A stretch of DNA of 62,379 nt, filler included, from Globobulimina sp. (lineage: Eukaryota), in assembly GCA_003354225.1 (NCBI GenBank). It is 34 parts of 34 records of this genome, joined end to end, with 100 filler letters (N's around TTAATTAATTAA, not from the genome) between each part and the next. Parts side by side here need not be neighbours in the genome. Positions count along the whole stretch, not along the records: positions 12,874 to 14,611 come from PIVH01012516.1; positions 14,712 to 16,449 come from PIVH01012517.1; positions 16,550 to 18,287 come from PIVH01012518.1; positions 18,388 to 20,125 come from PIVH01012519.1; positions 20,226 to 21,963 come from PIVH01012520.1; positions 22,064 to 23,801 come from PIVH01012521.1; positions 23,902 to 25,639 come from PIVH01012522.1; positions 25,740 to 27,477 come from PIVH01012523.1; 26 more parts are not named here. One strand, 5' to 3'. Below, piece after piece: positions 12,892 through 25,741 of the stretch; the stretch's first letter is position 1; every line of letters begins with the position of its first letter. A program made the translations under genes and the position numbers. A model generated the notes under the pieces. That model saw only the letters and a list, made by a program, of their open reading frames with translations. It did not search any database and had not been told where the DNA came from.

Positions 12892-14611
12892 ATGAGCAAA
12901 ATCAGAAAGAAGATCGGCGACTTAGAAGAGACAGAAGAAGACATTCATCACTTCGCGGTGGCCCAATACAAGAAACGTAACTGGTCGTTGGGGTGCATAT
13001 TATTTTTGCGTTTACTGGACATGAATCCGGAAAATACAAACTATCAACCCAACCTAGCCATGGTTCTGTACTACGGCTTCGATAATATGGAGCAAAGCGA
13101 GAAATATTTTCGAAAATCTCTCAAAAGCTGCGGTTCCTCGCATCCTGACATCATCCGCCATTACAATGTGTTGCTGATCAAACAAGAGAGATACGAAGAG
13201 TCCAATGCTTACTACCAAATATTATTCAAAATCTGCCAAAAATACAAATATAAACTGTCGATTGATGACCATATCCAATATGCAAATGTCACCTTTCACC
13301 TCAAACTCTATCAAATCAGCAAAGAACATCTTAAGTTAGCACTCAAATCGAAGCCCAACGACGGTTTTATTATTGGCAAATACGCGGTGCTGTTGCAGGC
13401 CGTCGGTTCCTTCAATCTCTCCTTTGAATATTTCAAGCATTCATTGTCTTTCATCCCAAACCATATTGAAATCAGATACGAATTTAGCAATTTATTGTGG
13501 CGAATGCAGGATTACCAAAATGCCTGCAAAGAATTGAAAACCTGTTTAAATGAATTAAATCTCAATAAAAGCAATAATAAAAGCAACAAAAACCACAAGT
13601 TAATGGAGGAGAAATGTTGCATATTATACGGTATCATATTGATTGAAATTGAAGAATATGACATGGCGAAACAATTTATTTTGCGCGCCATTGAATTATC
13701 ACGTAATGACATTCGATATATTGCTGAATTGATGTTATTATTTATCAAAACAAAGGAATTTAGCGATGCCTATAATTATTACGAAATGGCCATGGATCGT
13801 CATCGTCGTCGTCATCGTCATGGTATTTGGATTGTATTTATGCCATTTATTGTTCGGAAACAAATAATATTTCCGAAGCCAACCGCGTATTTAATAAATT
13901 AATAAACAGTGCGGAGAATAAGACATCGCCATCATACCATATACATTTTTATTATGCCTTACATTTACATTACAAATTGAATGATTATATCGGCGCCAAA
14001 GAGCAATACATTTCCGCCATCTCCATCGAGGATTATTGGGGCATTACGTATTGGCATTTACATAAACTATTATTTGAGCTAAATGAGTTGAAGTCGGCTT
14101 TGACATTTCTTAAAAAAGCCTATGAAAGCAACAAACAAATACCATGCATTCATCGCAACTACAAAATGCAGTTAAAAGTAATACAAAATGCTATCAATAA
14201 CCAACTGCACCAATTGCAGCTACAAAGAGACGAATACGAATCCAATAAAGCGCAGCAATCACAATTAATACAATATCAATATAAGAAGCGATATGACATC
14301 GATAACAACAACAACCACAACAACAATGAGATAAAAAATGCATTAGGAAGCAGGAAAAAGACCAATCGAACAAAAAACAAAATTAAAAAAATTAAAAAAA
14401 CTGTGAGTCGGCCACGAAGAAAATCCAATTTATATGGATCGAACAGCAATTTATTGGATGAGGAAAGTTTGGATAATTTACATCGAAAAATTGAAAAAAA
14501 TAAGAATAAGAAAAAGAAAAAAGCTAAAAACAAGCGGAAAGAAAGAAAAAACAAATTAACTCGAGATGCAAATAAATTGTATAATGATCGATATAATAAT
14601 ATCTACGGAAT
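12892..14611 (+). CDS. TPR-repeat protein with a frameshift near 13797, 3'-partial
   Basis: TPR-like helices continue across two overlapping ORFs; the shift lies at a TCG/TCA microsatellite. Confidence 0.75.
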
Positions 14612-14721
14612 NNNNNNNNNNNNNNNNNNNNNNNNNNNNNNNNNNNNNNNNNNNNTTAATTAATTAANNNNNNNNNNNNNNNNNNNNNNNNNNNNNNNNN
14701 NNNNNNNNNNNACGTGACGGC

Positions 14722-16172
14722 TGGGTATGCCCCCGGCGAAATTTACGGTCGATGCTTAAGCGTTAGTGGAATTTACGGTCGATGCTTAAGCGTTACAGGG
14801 GAATTTACGGTCGATGCTTAAGCGTTACAGGGGAATTTACGGTCAATGCATATTCAAATACCGTAATTTCGAATTTTCGTCAGTTTGTTTCCGGTTATTT
14901 TTTGTGATTCGTATTTTTTATTCCTTCATTCTATTTCATCGCTTTCAAGCATTATTTGTCGAAATACGAATAATTTATATTCTCTATCATTAAAATTATC
15001 TAAAAATGGCTCGAAGAATAAATTGGTGTGATCCTGCGCTCATTCAAGCCATGGAAGAATTTCCGACTGACGAAATCGACACAGAGGAAAAGCTGGCTGA
15101 AAGGATTAAGGAGTTGACGGGAATCTCAGTTCATCAATCTACTGTCGGTCGTCAACTAGATAAAATGAGATCAGCTCCTCGTCCAACCGATCCTCAAAAT
15201 GACAGAAACGAAGAAGAAATCGATGATTTAGCAGCTGAAAATGAACAAGTACATACATACTTTTTTATTGCACTGCACGTTGTTTTTCACATACATACAT
15301 ACAGTTGCTTTTGCATGCTTACTGTAAGTATGCATACCTTCACCCCACGCTTTTGTTGTGTTTGTCATTATTCGTTGCTTGCTATGTTTAGTTGCCTGCT
15401 GCTGATGTTACACCACCTACTGTTGCTTCTTCGTCCCCTATACCTCCTTCAACACAGAATGTTCATGATGATCATACATCACACACTGTTCCCAAAAACA
15501 AGGAACAATCGGATCAAGAGGATCGTGACATGCGCTAATACTTCCATTATTTTAGGGACACTACATATAAATTATAATACATGTATGCCATTAATGATGC
15601 TTTTTTCAGCATGTTTATGGAAATTGCTTCCAAACAGGTACAATATAAACAAATAATAGCTGATGTTCCCCAGCAAGTGGGTGGCACTGACTGTGGCGTT
15701 TTTTGTTTGGCTTATGCTTCGTACTTAACTTCCAGCAAAGAAATCAGCACTAGTCCTAATCAGGTTTGCATTTCTCACAATTCGCCTTTCAGTTTTAAAT
15801 AATTTACTTTTTAGGGTGTAATTGGACAATGGCGACAGCTGACAGGATACATTGTCTATTGTGCCCCCGAATTTTTCGACCGTTTGGACTTCCTCTTATC
15901 AAAATGAACAGTCATTTCATCTAGTGATCATCATCATCATGTGATAAAATATGTAGTTGCTAGTCGTATTTTGTCATTAATTCATAAAATATCTTTTATG
16001 TCAATGAAATAAATTCTTGTTTTTATGTTGCTTTTTTAAAATTAAATATACCTAAATAGAACGTATTGTTTAGCTAAAATGGGCCGAGTGACTGCGCCGC
16101 TCAACAGAGCATGAAAAATAATGGCGGGCACAGTGTCGGCGCATCTTCCGGCAACTCCCGGGGGCATACTCA
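14722..16172 (+). mobile_element. Non-autonomous TIR DNA element carrying HTH and Ulp1/C48 peptidase remnants
   Basis: TIRs TGGGTATGCCCCCGG (14722-14736) and CCGGGGGCATACTCA (16158-16172); subterminal tandem repeats; HTH LAERIKELTGISVHQSTVGRQL; PQQVGGTDCGVFCL. Confidence 0.65.
14740..14850 (+). repeat. ~31-32-bp tandem repeat, ~3.5 copies
   Basis: AATTTACGGTCGATGCTTAAGCGTTA(CAGGGG) repeated head to tail. Confidence 0.95.
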
Positions 16173-16344
16173 TAGCGCACCGTCATCCACGACAGGCAGG
16201 ATATAAAAAGCATAAAAGTCTCCCTCTTACTATTTCCTTCCATTTTCTTCCTTAATTCCTTCGTGGGTTATTATTGTTTGGCTCCAAATTAGGTTGTTGA
16301 TTCGGTCTTTTAAACAAAGAAATTTAATTTTGCTAAAACACAAT

Positions 16345-16449
16345 ATGGCATGTGCTACAAACCATCAATTACAAGATTACGAATGTTCTGTATGTCTGGA
16401 TGTTTATGATAAACCCGAAATGTTACTATGTGGTCATAGTTATTGTGCT
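16345..16449 (+). CDS. RING-finger protein N-terminus, partial
   Basis: ECSVCLDVYDKPEMLLCGHSYC. Confidence 0.75.
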
Positions 16450-17076
16450 NNNNNNNNNNNNNNNNNNNNNNNNNNNNNNNNNNNNNNNNNNNNTTAATTA
16501 ATTAANNNNNNNNNNNNNNNNNNNNNNNNNNNNNNNNNNNNNNNNNNNNTGTCAAATTTTTTTAGGTGGTTTGGAAAAATTTTGTTTATGTAGAATTATG
16601 TAAAACTCAATTATAAACATTTTGCACCAGAAAGAATTAGCGTAGCATCAATATTCCAGAAGTTATGGGCATTTCAAATTTCGCGATTATCACTTTATAA
16701 TGACAAATTTCAAAACAATGTCCATGTGTAAACAATATCTAACATAATCGCAAAAGTGCCTGTATTATTTAGTTAGTCTGTTTGGATATTGTTTAAAAAC
16801 AATATCAAAACAATGTATCTTAAGACAATACTGTTTAAAACATTGTTTAATTTACACGGAAAAAAGTGCAAGTTTGGTGATATGTAAAAACAGTATATAG
16901 CATATTGTTCAGCAAAACACACTATACCAAATATTATTTTGATATGGTAGCCTAAATAGTTGCCTATAGCTAAATAGTCACCATTTTCCGTTTTTGTATT
17001 GAAATAGTTACTAAATAGTTGTCCATTTTCGTTTTTGTCACTAAATAGTCACATATTGACTAATTAACTTGTGTAG

Positions 17077-17624
17077 GCTCAATCTGCGCCATTTAAAATA
17101 TTTTTTGGAGTAAGCGATGGTGAGACTGCGGCGGAGGTGGCTTTAGATGCGGTTGGCAGTGAATTATTCAGCATCGCACAACAAGCAGGCGACCCGAGTT
17201 CGGGTCTTCCCTTTACGGGTTTTTTCGGATTTGGTGATGTCGGCGAGGATTTTGCGCCCTGCGGAGAGTGCGTGACAAGTTGCACAGATTTGGCCGCCGG
17301 CAATTATCGAGTTTGTAATGCTTGCAATGTTTTTGTGAGTTGCTCTGTTGGAGGCATTTTATCGCAGACCACCTGCCCGGACCCATTAGTGTGGAATGAT
17401 GCGCTCAAGATTTGTGATTGGGATTCGCATTGCAATTTTGGTTTATGTAACACAGGTCTTTGCAAGATGTGGATGCTACGCCAGCGCCCTGCGGAGACTG
17501 TGTCAGTGACTGCACAAATGTAGATCTTGGAGATTATATATCGTGTTCTGGCATGGCAGCGCAATATGCTTCTTGCTTTGAGGAAGGCTATTATATGAAT
17601 ATGGAATTATGGATGAAAGCATGA
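17077..17624 (+). CDS. Exon encoding chitin-binding type-2 (CBM14)-like Cys repeats; frameshift near 17456
   Basis: CPDPLVWNDALKICDW; a second unit APCGDCVSDCTNVDLGDYISC lies in the -1 frame; AG acceptor at 17076. Confidence 0.7.
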
Positions 17625-17777
17625 AAAATATAGAAATATATGATCAATTGAGTCATATTGATTGTCCATTTTGTGGAAGCAGTCTCGGCCAATATAGGCA
17701 TCAATGTATTGAATGTGATGATGGAAATTGTGTCCTGGGTTTGTGGGGTTTCGCAACTATGGGTCTTTGTATACATA

Positions 17778-18278
17778 GGTGGACCTAATGTATATGCGGT
17801 GAATTTGAAACAAGTTTCAAATTTGCCTGCTTGAATGGAATAAAATGCATACCTTCTGCAATAAGCAACTGAGACATACGTCACCGCTTTATACATACTT
17901 ACCAATACGAACCACTATAAATACTACTTTCTTATGCCAATGGTAAACTTATGGGTGTAGGATAATTGTCCTCTAAGATGTTAGCTAGACGGTTTGTAGG
18001 TTGGTACACTTTGCGATATCTAGATTACCGCTTTCACCCTGCGATCAACATATCCAAAGTTTAGATGGACAATTATCCTACACCCATAAGTTTACCATTG
18101 GCATAAGAAAGTAGTATTTATAGTGGTTCGTATTGGTAAGTTTAGAAAAACAAGGAATAATATATAAAGCGGTGACGTATGTCTCAGTTGCTTATTGCAG
18201 AAGGTATGCATTTTATTCCATTCAAGCAGGCAAATTTGAAACTTGTTTCAAATTCACCGCATATACATTAGGTCCACC
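17778..18278. mobile_element. Foldback/MITE with ~200-bp inverted arms flanked by TA
   Basis: TA|GGTGGACC...GGTCCACC|TA; arms near-identical apart from one internal indel; ~85-bp loop. Confidence 0.75.
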
Positions 18279-18389
18279 TACAGTAGTNNNNNNNNNNNNN
18301 NNNNNNNNNNNNNNNNNNNNNNNNNNNNNNNTTAATTAATTAANNNNNNNNNNNNNNNNNNNNNNNNNNNNNNNNNNNNNNNNNNNNTC

Positions 18390-19282
18390 ACCGACTTATT
18401 TATTGCATCATTCACTTGGAGGGGAAGTTTCAATGTATATAACAGGAAAAAGAAAGACAGTAATAATTCAAACGAAGAGTATCTTGTTGACCTATGTCAA
18501 ATTATATTATCTTTTTCTGAACAATATTTAGCTGAAATATGTTATTTTTTCCATACGTGGGAGAGTTGTTTGCTGTTTGCCTCTGAACATCCATTATGTA
18601 CCAAAAAGAAAGTTAAAATTGGCGTGGCATGGAATATCAGAACAATATTTCAACAAATTATTGCTGAACATCCATATGCATATTACACAAAAACACTTAA
18701 ATATAATAGAAATTTTAGAATTAGCATTGATCGGATTGAAGGTTGTGGGAAAATTGCTGGCGGCATTGACGAAGCAAATTTTTTTCAACTTTGCAAATCC
18801 AAATCTGACCAATTCCCACCGTTTAAAATTCTGGAGACATGCGGCGGTTTTAGAAATGTCTTAAAATTGGCAGTATGGGAGACAGCATGGCCAGTTATGA
18901 CATTTGAACCATTTTATATAAAAGGACCAAATCAAGTGATTGAGGAAAAGGATAAAAAAGAGCTTGATGCAAAAGTAAGAGAAGGGAATACATTTAGTAA
19001 TGATGAATGGATTGATGTTACAATGGAAATGAAAAAGAAATTGGATGTAATGGGCGCTGATATATTTGAGAAAAACAAAGAGATTAAATTGAGAGGAATT
19101 AAGTCGAAGCCTCATTGGAATGGAATGAGTGGGAAAATTATGGATCATTACAATTTCAAAAAAGAAAGATGGATCATTAAAATTGATAAACCAATCAATG
19201 TGTTCTTATTAAAACATGTAATTTAGAAATGAAACCAAACATTGCATACCAAAATATGTTACGCGAAATATTCCTGATATAG
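18390..19282 (+). CDS. Hypothetical protein with a C-terminal SH3-like protist module; 5'-partial, frameshift near 19215
   Basis: Frame open from the contig start; IKLRGIKSKPHWNGMSGKI...ERWIIKI; one added base gives the family-typical KPxNL. Confidence 0.55.
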
Positions 19283-20643
19283 TTTTAATATTTGCTTTCA
19301 ACGTTAAATCTGTTCAAGAGACACGCTTTTTCCCATCTCCTTAAAATACATATGGCGCGTTGTTTTAATACGGGTATAGCTGTCCGCTTACAATTAAAGG
19401 CTGAATTTGTGTATACAGTCTCGTTTGTATATTGGTAGACGTGCGTTTGCCAATTGTAGTGAATTTGAAAGTTGTTTCAAATTCACCTGTCTATATTCAA
19501 TAGATGGATCAACATCAATGCCATAATGTAATACTGCTTATTGATATTGTATACTGCAATAAAAACATCATTTGTTTAGCATTCAATTGCTTATGGGTCA
19601 AACTATTATACAGCATGCAACTAACAATGTTCTGGTTGAGCAACTGTTATGATTATACGTCGCTTATTGCGTGCATATTATAGTAATTATTGCATAATTA
19701 TACAGTCATAGGACAGACATAGTTTGAAAGGAAATGGCTTTTTTGAGGTTTGAGAGAAATTGGAATTTTTAAGGTTTTGAAGCTTTTTGAGAAATTAAGA
19801 TATTTACATTTTTAACAAATTCTATAAAAAAAAGGGTAGATACTTTGTTAAACGCTCTTCAAACTTATGCATAAGAACATTATGGGCTGCAGCAAATTAT
19901 TGATTGCTGTGTTCTTTTGTATTGGTGGTATTTTATCTGTGTCATGGATACATTTCATGTCTTGGATTGGCAGTATGGTTGGTGCAGCATCTTCGGAAAA
20001 TACTGTTTACATTCCCATACATGCGTTACTTCACTGCATTGCTCCAAATGTTTTTGTTTCACAATAGGTGGTATTGTTTGCAAATTAAATTTTTTTTTTG
20101 GAACGGTTGTGATCATAACATATTCNNNNNNNNNNNNNNNNNNNNNNNNNNNNNNNNNNNNNNNNNNNNTTAATTAATTAANNNNNNNNNNNNNNNNNNN
20201 NNNNNNNNNNNNNNNNNNNNNNNNNTTTGGAGTACATTTGAACAATTTCCAATCATGTCATTCAACTGACAAATTGTAAAATCTTTCCAGCATTGTGTAA
20301 AATTACTGTCCTTAATAGCTGTTGCATTAATTATTTCAACCATTTTCCCAGCTCTTTGTGCAAGACGAGCTCCTGTCTTTTGCTGTGTATCTTGGATGTA
20401 TTATGTATATTAATCGGATAACTATAAAGTACTTACAATGACTGTTTTACGCGCAACCTCCAGCAGTTGAGGTGTTATTCGATGTTTCTTCGGCTTGGCT
20501 CGTCGTGGCATCATATTAATCGTTGACAATGTATTTTGAGGGCAAATAAAGCGAATGACGAAAGATGAAAAAGAGGAAAAAATGTGGTGTGATCTTGCTA
20601 AAAACTGAACTCTGAAAACTTTCACACTTCGTTCACCTTACAA

Positions 20644-21963
20644 ATGAGTCAAGGGATTTCCTCTCAGAAAACCAGCACCGACAACTCCCTCGATCCATCA
20701 TATGCGTTACCAATATCATTATCAATCGCACTCATCCTATGTAATATTGCCACAATATCAATATTTTACAAAAACAGACGAGAACCAGCATTTGCAAAAA
20801 GGAGAATTAAGCTAACTCTCTCAGTCTGTTTATTACTAAATATTCCGCTGTTAACCAATTTAGTCTCTACACTTAGCAATATTGCAATATTGGATGCCAT
20901 CACACAAATACTTGTCTTATACTCTTTATTTTTAACCATATTAAGGTCATGGAATCTATTGTATAGTTATCAGATTGCTCACTTATATCAATTTACAACT
21001 GATGCAAATATATGGCTCAATAATTACCATCGTTTAGCATCTAAAACATTTGCTCGGTATTATTGTATAATTTCGTTTTTAGTGATTGCCGTACCAACAC
21101 TGTTTCTGTCGCTTTATTTTAGCCATAATGACGTTGCTTTTGTTTACATTTATATTTTATGTACAATGTATTTACTTTGCACTGCAGTCATTGTCAAATT
21201 GCTAAAATATAATATTAAAATGCAAGATCAGCTAAACTTAAGCAAAGAAATAAAAATATATTCTGTAATCAGTTGTTTATCAATAATATCAATGATGGTA
21301 ATTCTAATCATATCTACGCCAGACACCCAAACAATTACTAGTCGCATGTTAGTCGCAGTAAATGTATTTATTTTGTCAGTTTCGTTCATATTGTATCCAA
21401 TATATAAATATCGTAAAATATCCACCCATTCGCAAGCAACGCAATTGGCGCAATTTATGGGTAACAGTTCCATTGCAAGTTTATCTGTTGATGATTCTGC
21501 GGAATCCGGCAATCTTCCGACATTGAAACAATTTATATCGAAAAATAAGAAATGTTATGATCATTTTAAATCGCATTTGCAGCAAAGTTGGGCTGTCGAG
21601 AATTTGTTATTTTTCTCAGATGCACTAATATTCAGAGCGAAAAGTAATATGTTTGCTTTTACGGAAAACAACATTCTTAAAATGCGGTTTGATTATTTAC
21701 CAAAAACAGAAACAAAATCAGCACAGGAAAACGAATTCGGAGCTGAAACAATTGAAAGTGAATGGTTTTGCATTTATAATCGCTATTTGTCATCGAATGG
21801 TATATATCAAGTGAATATTGAATCTGATGAATTTGAAAAAGTTGAACAATTTAAACAAAAGATATTGGACAAAGATAACATTGTAGACGAGAATGAATAT
21901 TATGAATCATTTGACTCTGCACTCGTTCAAGTATGGTTTTTGATGGAAGGATTCTATGTTTAT
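20644..21963 (+). CDS. Multi-pass (7TM-like) RGS protein, 3'-partial
   Basis: ~7 hydrophobic segments, then an RGS box FKSHLQQSWAVENLLFF...IYNRYLSSNGIYQVNI. Confidence 0.85.
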
Positions 21964-22519
21964 NNNNNNNNNNNNNNNNNNNNNNNNNNNNNNNNNNNNN
22001 NNNNNNNTTAATTAATTAANNNNNNNNNNNNNNNNNNNNNNNNNNNNNNNNNNNNNNNNNNNNTGATACGGAAGAAAATGTTCTAGGATAAATCTGTAAT
22101 TTTTAATTTTATTTTTTTTTATGATTTTTTTTTGTATTTTTATTACTTATTACTATTATAAATCCAAATAATATGGATTTTTTAATTAGACTTTTTTTTT
22201 CTTCTCGTTTTGTGGTTGTTGATACTCTTTTTGTTATTGTTTTTTTTGTGAATTAATTTTGTTTCGCGTGAATATTTTTAATACAGCTTTTTTTTATCTC
22301 TTCTGTTGAATAAGTGTTGATTTAATATTAATAATTATTATTATGTTTATAATGTGATTTCTCATCAATGGTCATTCAATACTAACTGCAGAAGTATTAC
22401 TTTTGAAATTTTAGATTTCACAACAATTAAAAGAATATAACTTCAAACATAAGTAAATACAGTATTTAATATTTTAATTAGAGCCCAAAGAAAAAAAACG
22501 AAAAAACAAAATAAATCGG

Positions 22520-23801
22520 TTATGAATTGCTACATTTTGTACTTATTTCCTGTGTTTTATTTAACATTTTACCAATTTTTATGGCACCTTGTTTACTGAT
22601 CATACCATCATTACCTTGCACTTTTTTTAATAATTCATGCCCCGATGCTGTCATATGTTCACTTACATAGCTTAATATATTATTATTCATACTTACTTTT
22701 GTTGCTTCACTTTCAAATTTTTCATAAAATCTTTGTTTCTTCGCATCAATCTTGGTTAAATAATACGTATTTTCATAAAAATTCTGTCGATTCACCTCAA
22801 ATTGCGGCGTAAAATCGCTTTTATTTTGATCATTATTCTGAATTCGTTCCTCTTTCGCATTTGTAATTTGTGTAAATGTATCACATGACATTTTCCTCCG
22901 TTGTTGCAATCTCATTTTAATATCATTATTTTCAATAATTTTATTCAATGATCGCATGGATTCTTCAGAATTAATGATCCGTAACGAATATAATGAGGCA
23001 ATTGTACCCGAACCATACGAAAACATTAAAATATCTTTATCCAATAACAAGTGCTCAACATCCTGTCTACACTCATAAATCAATGACATTAACCCAATAA
23101 ATATCGACGCCGTATAACAATTACCAACATCCTTTGGTATATACGTCGATGGCGCTACATATTGCGCATAATATCCACCTGACATCTTCTCGAACCCTTT
23201 AATCACTTCCCTGCAATTCACAGTCTCTTCGCATGGAATATGTGCATATTTCTTCAAAAACGCCAACGTCGCAGCATCGTGTGCATATTTTGTGTAATAC
23301 GCTTGTGGATTACTTAAGAAATCGTTATAAAGTACCCGGCCAAACGACTTCCTCACTAATTTATTGTACGGCGCATGGAATATCCAATAATTATTTACAG
23401 CAACACTGCTATGCTTACGCACACCGCTCTGTTTGTAATAAGACTGAAAACAGGAATCAAATGCATTTAAATAACAGCTGTTCGACACATGTCCATTCAC
23501 CACTGGATAGGCGGAGTTTAAATGCGGTTTATAAAAATCATACTCATTCGCTTTGTAACTCGCACGTAAAATATTCAAATCAATACAGGCATTGTGACCA
23601 AGCAACATTGCCACTGCACCACAACCACCGGTGCAACGAGCGGGGCCTTGTGCATATTCAGCGATATCTGCACTGATTACAATGCAATATTTGCCATCCC
23701 AATATTTACTGTTCATGCGGTCAAAGGCCGTGAACAACGCAAATGTGCCGCAATAACAGGCATGCTTCACATCGATGCCTTCAATGCAATTGTTGCCATT
23801 C
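22520..23801 (-). CDS. HMGCS: HMG-CoA synthase, 5'-partial
   Basis: EGIDVKHACYCGT, DIAEYAQGPARCTGGCGAVAML, YDFYKP, FHAPYNKLVRK, GNCYTAS, FSYGSG. Confidence 0.95.
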
Positions 23802-23901
23802 NNNNNNNNNNNNNNNNNNNNNNNNNNNNNNNNNNNNNNNNNNNNTTAATTAATTAANNNNNNNNNNNNNNNNNNNNNNNNNNNNNNNNNNNNNNNNNNN
23901 N

Positions 23902-25625
23902 CTTCTTTTTCTTATCCTTTTTTTTACTTTTTTTCTTCTTCTTTTTTACTTTTTCACCCAAACCCCCAACCTGTTTTTTCTTCGAATGCTTTTTTTTACT
24001 CCTTTTCTTCTTAACCACTCTCTTCTGTTTCCCTCGCATATCACACACCGCATCCTCACTATCCAGCTCTTGCTCCAAATCCAAACCCAAGTCACCCAAA
24101 CTCTTTTTCTTTCGTCTCCTCCTCTTCGCCTTCACGCCACCGGTACTCCGCGGCGATCTTTTTTTCCTTTTCTTCTTCTCAGTGCCCAACACCTTACAAT
24201 CATCGCTGTCCGTATCCATCAACGACGAAAACCCGCTGTCCAGCTCGTCATCCTGCTGCACAATATAGATACCACTCCTTTTCCTGCCCCTCCTCGGTGT
24301 GACTGTAACACCATATCCGTCATCAGAATAGTCACTAAACAACGGCTGAGCTTCGCGAATCTTCCGCTTCTTATTACTCACCAAACAGGGCTCAAATTCA
24401 TCACTCTCATTGTACCCAACACAATGATCCGGCAAATAATCCATAATGTCCTCTCTCCTCTGCTTCGGAAACAGTCGCAGATACTCCATCGACAATTCCT
24501 CCTCATCTTCAATGGTCCGCAGTACTCCAACCATCAATGTCGTAGTATCCGACGGTCGCACACTGTCATCAAAGTCACCCACATTAAATTCAGATTGGAT
24601 ATGAGCACAATGTTCAACTGCATCCGCAATGATTTCATCCATACGATTCGGCAAATTCTCATTCAGCACAAATTTATTCTGAAACGCAACTGTCTGCGTT
24701 AAAGTCAATAACCCTGCATTGGGCTGATACAACGCCTTCGAATTAGTCCTCTTTTTGCGTCGTTTCCGCGCCGATAATCCTAGAAAAACCGCAGGTGGCT
24801 CCAGTCGCATGCGAATCAATGCGGGATTGTAGCCAGTGGGGAACATTCGGGGCGGGTTCGCGAAGAAGTTATAGCGACTTTGGTCGATTTTGCGTATGGT
24901 GCTTTTCGTGGATTTCATTTTCTTATAACGACTAATCTCTGCTGACGTGCTGTACAAATAAACGACTCTGCCTTCGCGTTTCCTGCCGGTTCGCCCGCTG
25001 CGTTGGATATTGCGCAGTACATTGGTGCAAACATCGTAATGTACCACGATGTCTACTTGGCCGATATCCAAACCTTCCTCGCCCACGCAAGTCGACACTA
25101 AAATGTTGTATTTGCCAGATTTAAAGTCGTAAATAACTTGCTGCTGTTGCTTGTTGTTCAAGCCTTTGCCCGATTTGCCCGAAGCTTGTCCTACGAAATG
25201 GTACGGTTTGCAGTGGTCAAACTGCTGCAAACTTTCCACAATGTCCACTACCGAGTATCGCAAGGAAGAGAAGACAATGACGCGGGAATTTGGATATTTG
25301 CAGTTTGCGAAATGATCGCATAATATCCTGCCCAATGCCTTCAATTTCGGATGTAATTGCCCGGTCATTACCTCTTCTTTGCATAACAACAGCCATTCAT
25401 TGAAGTCATTCTCCCGCAACTTCTTGGCGATGACTCTATGTCCTTGCGGTTTATCGTTGACTTTGACGCGAATCTCCTCCACTTTCTTCAACATTACCTG
25501 TTCAATAAAAAAACACCACATATATCCAGTACGTGTTTCAGTGTCAGACACAAAACGAATTCGAACATTACCTGAATAGAATATACCTCCATACGCTCGC
25601 GTAACATAACCAATTTCTGCAAACA
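23902..25625 (-). CDS. FANCM: FANCM/Mph1 family helicase, partial; intron 25571-25498
   Basis: RVIVFS...FVGQASGK...STCVGEEGLDIGQVD...IQRSGRTGRKREG. Confidence 0.88.
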
Positions 25626-25741
25626 CTGTATGAAGAAAANNNNNNNNNNNNNNNNNNNNNNNNNNNNNNNNNNNNNNNNNNNNTTAATTAATTAANNNNN
25701 NNNNNNNNNNNNNNNNNNNNNNNNNNNNNNNNNNNNNNNAG

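Noticed and set aside
14740-14850. CRISPR-like ~32-bp repeats
   Set aside because: Head-to-tail with no unique spacers, no cas genes, eukaryotic context.
16081-16172. GC-rich patch as a tRNA or ncRNA
   Set aside because: No cloverleaf or A/B boxes; better explained as the transposon subterminus.
17591-18339. Two ORFs sharing YKAVTYVSVAYCRRYAF...
   Set aside because: By-product of the inverted repeat arms.
20226-20514. Possible divergent gene starting MPRRAKPKKHR on the minus strand
   Set aside because: The best donor/acceptor pair leads to a stop, so the structure could not be supported.
23986-24702. Long antisense or overlapping ORFs (also 2779-3153, 23233-23676, 49065-49424 and others)
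   Set aside because: Shadows of real genes on the other strand, with no recognisable motifs.
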